Source: Eledone cirrhosa (lineage: Eukaryota). Taken from it: a stretch of DNA of 64,000 bases. The notes beneath the pieces were generated by a model. It worked only from the letters and a program-made list of their open reading frames with translations. It was not told where the DNA came from and ran no database searches. The DNA lies in NCBI GenBank assembly GCA_964016885.1, contig OZ024740.1, forward strand, positions 104,656,001 through 104,720,000, read 5' to 3'. This document shows, piece by piece, positions 62,893-64,000 of the stretch. Numbering within the stretch: position 1 is the first letter of the stretch; each line of letters opens with the position of its first letter. The position numbers were made by a program, and so were the translations under genes.

Positions 62893-63170
62893 TCTTCTTC
62901 TTCTTCTTCTTCTTCTTCTTCTTCTTCTTCTTTGCTCATTTATTCCTGGTAGGATCATAGGGGCAGAATCCTCAAGCACACCTTCCAGCAGGTCCTGTCA
63001 GAAACAATAGTCTCCAATTGATCCAGCTAGATCCCCAAGCAAGACCAGCCAAGCTCATGGATGTCATCGAACCATCTTGCTTGGGGTCTACCTCTGGGTC
63101 TTCTGCTGGTTGGTTTTGCCTGTAAAATCTATCCAGCAATTTTTTCCTGGGACATTTTAACCACATACCT
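62893..63170 (-). mobile_element. RTE (Expander/Rex3-like) 3' remnant with (GAA)n tail
   Basis: Minus-strand translation R.RPRGRPQARW.DDI...WSCLGI; GAA repeats follow. Confidence 0.45.
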
Positions 63171-64000
63171 GTAATATTTGAGCTGCAATTTATCAATTCA
63201 GAAAAGTAGCAGGTCTACCTGGAATGACTCTCTGGTCTCAAATACTAACTACATATCGAAAGGAAAATGTATGTATCATACTCGATTGTGAGTGATGACT
63301 GTAGTTAAGTAGTTCTTTTTCTAATAAATATCTAATTTGAAAATAGTAGGCTAGACATTGTGCTGAATTTTTATGGCAGCAACTTAGATCAACACATAAT
63401 GTAAAGGATTCTAATAAGGACAATCATATATGCAAGATTCACAGACACAATAATTACACATATCAAGAAAACAATATTGTATCCCTACTCTATACATGAA
63501 CAACTTGCAACTAAAATCTTCAAGGTCACTACAAATGCTAGCCTTTAGCAGCATTGAGGATATTTCCTGGCAAATACACATCTTCAACATAGCATCACAA
63601 AAACTGCATGACAAAGCCTTTCTCAAAATAATATTTCAAACTCCAACAATTACTAACCCTCTACATAACTCAGGTAAGATCCACAATGAAGTGTTCTCCC
63701 ATATCTGGGATCCAATTGCTGTTCCATATACAGGCATCCTCAACTACATTAATAAAGAAGCCACTTGATTGACTTGCATGAAAACACTCACCAATACACT
63801 CCCACCTCTATCCTATATAAGGGCTGCCTCTTCTCTCTGCCCTTTCTCTGGTGGCATCAGCTCTTCTGAGCTGCCTCCTTTCAAGCAACTCCCTCCCCTT
63901 CAGCATTCCCAATTCACTTGTCACTCCTTTCATCACCTATTATTAGGCCCTGTACTAACCACCGTGTCCAATCCTTCCTCCTCAGTACGTCAGCCCTCTA

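Noticed and set aside
63470-64000. Possible degraded LINE coding sequence at the window end
   Set aside because: No motif could be assigned with confidence.

Overview
AT-rich, microsatellite-dense animal genomic DNA. The repeat repertoire suggests an octopus or other cephalopod, which is an inference only. The only credible host coding sequence is a minus-strand exon (735-1478) encoding a signal peptide, a death-domain-like helical region and a TM helix, resembling TMDD1. The rest is mostly nested transposable elements: two RTE LINE lineages (one with a PHD finger inserted inside the RT, one with three C-terminal C2H2 fingers and a (TATG)n tail), bipartite non-autonomous RTE derivatives, R4/Dong-type RLE retrotransposons that always sit in (CATA)n, CRE-clade remnants, a CR1 fragment, tRNA-SINEs, mariner and piggyBac-like MITEs, hAT and MULE relics and a Helitron. 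The main unexpected result is six hand-folded type I hammerhead ribozyme motifs, all on the + strand. They include a covarying pair with a ~100-nt stem II (C3-G8 versus U3-A8 core) and one motif at the tip of a 140-bp hairpin. A second result is an apparent chain in which RTE tails create the microsatellite that the R4 elements target. All folds and family calls were made by eye; nothing was computed or searched.
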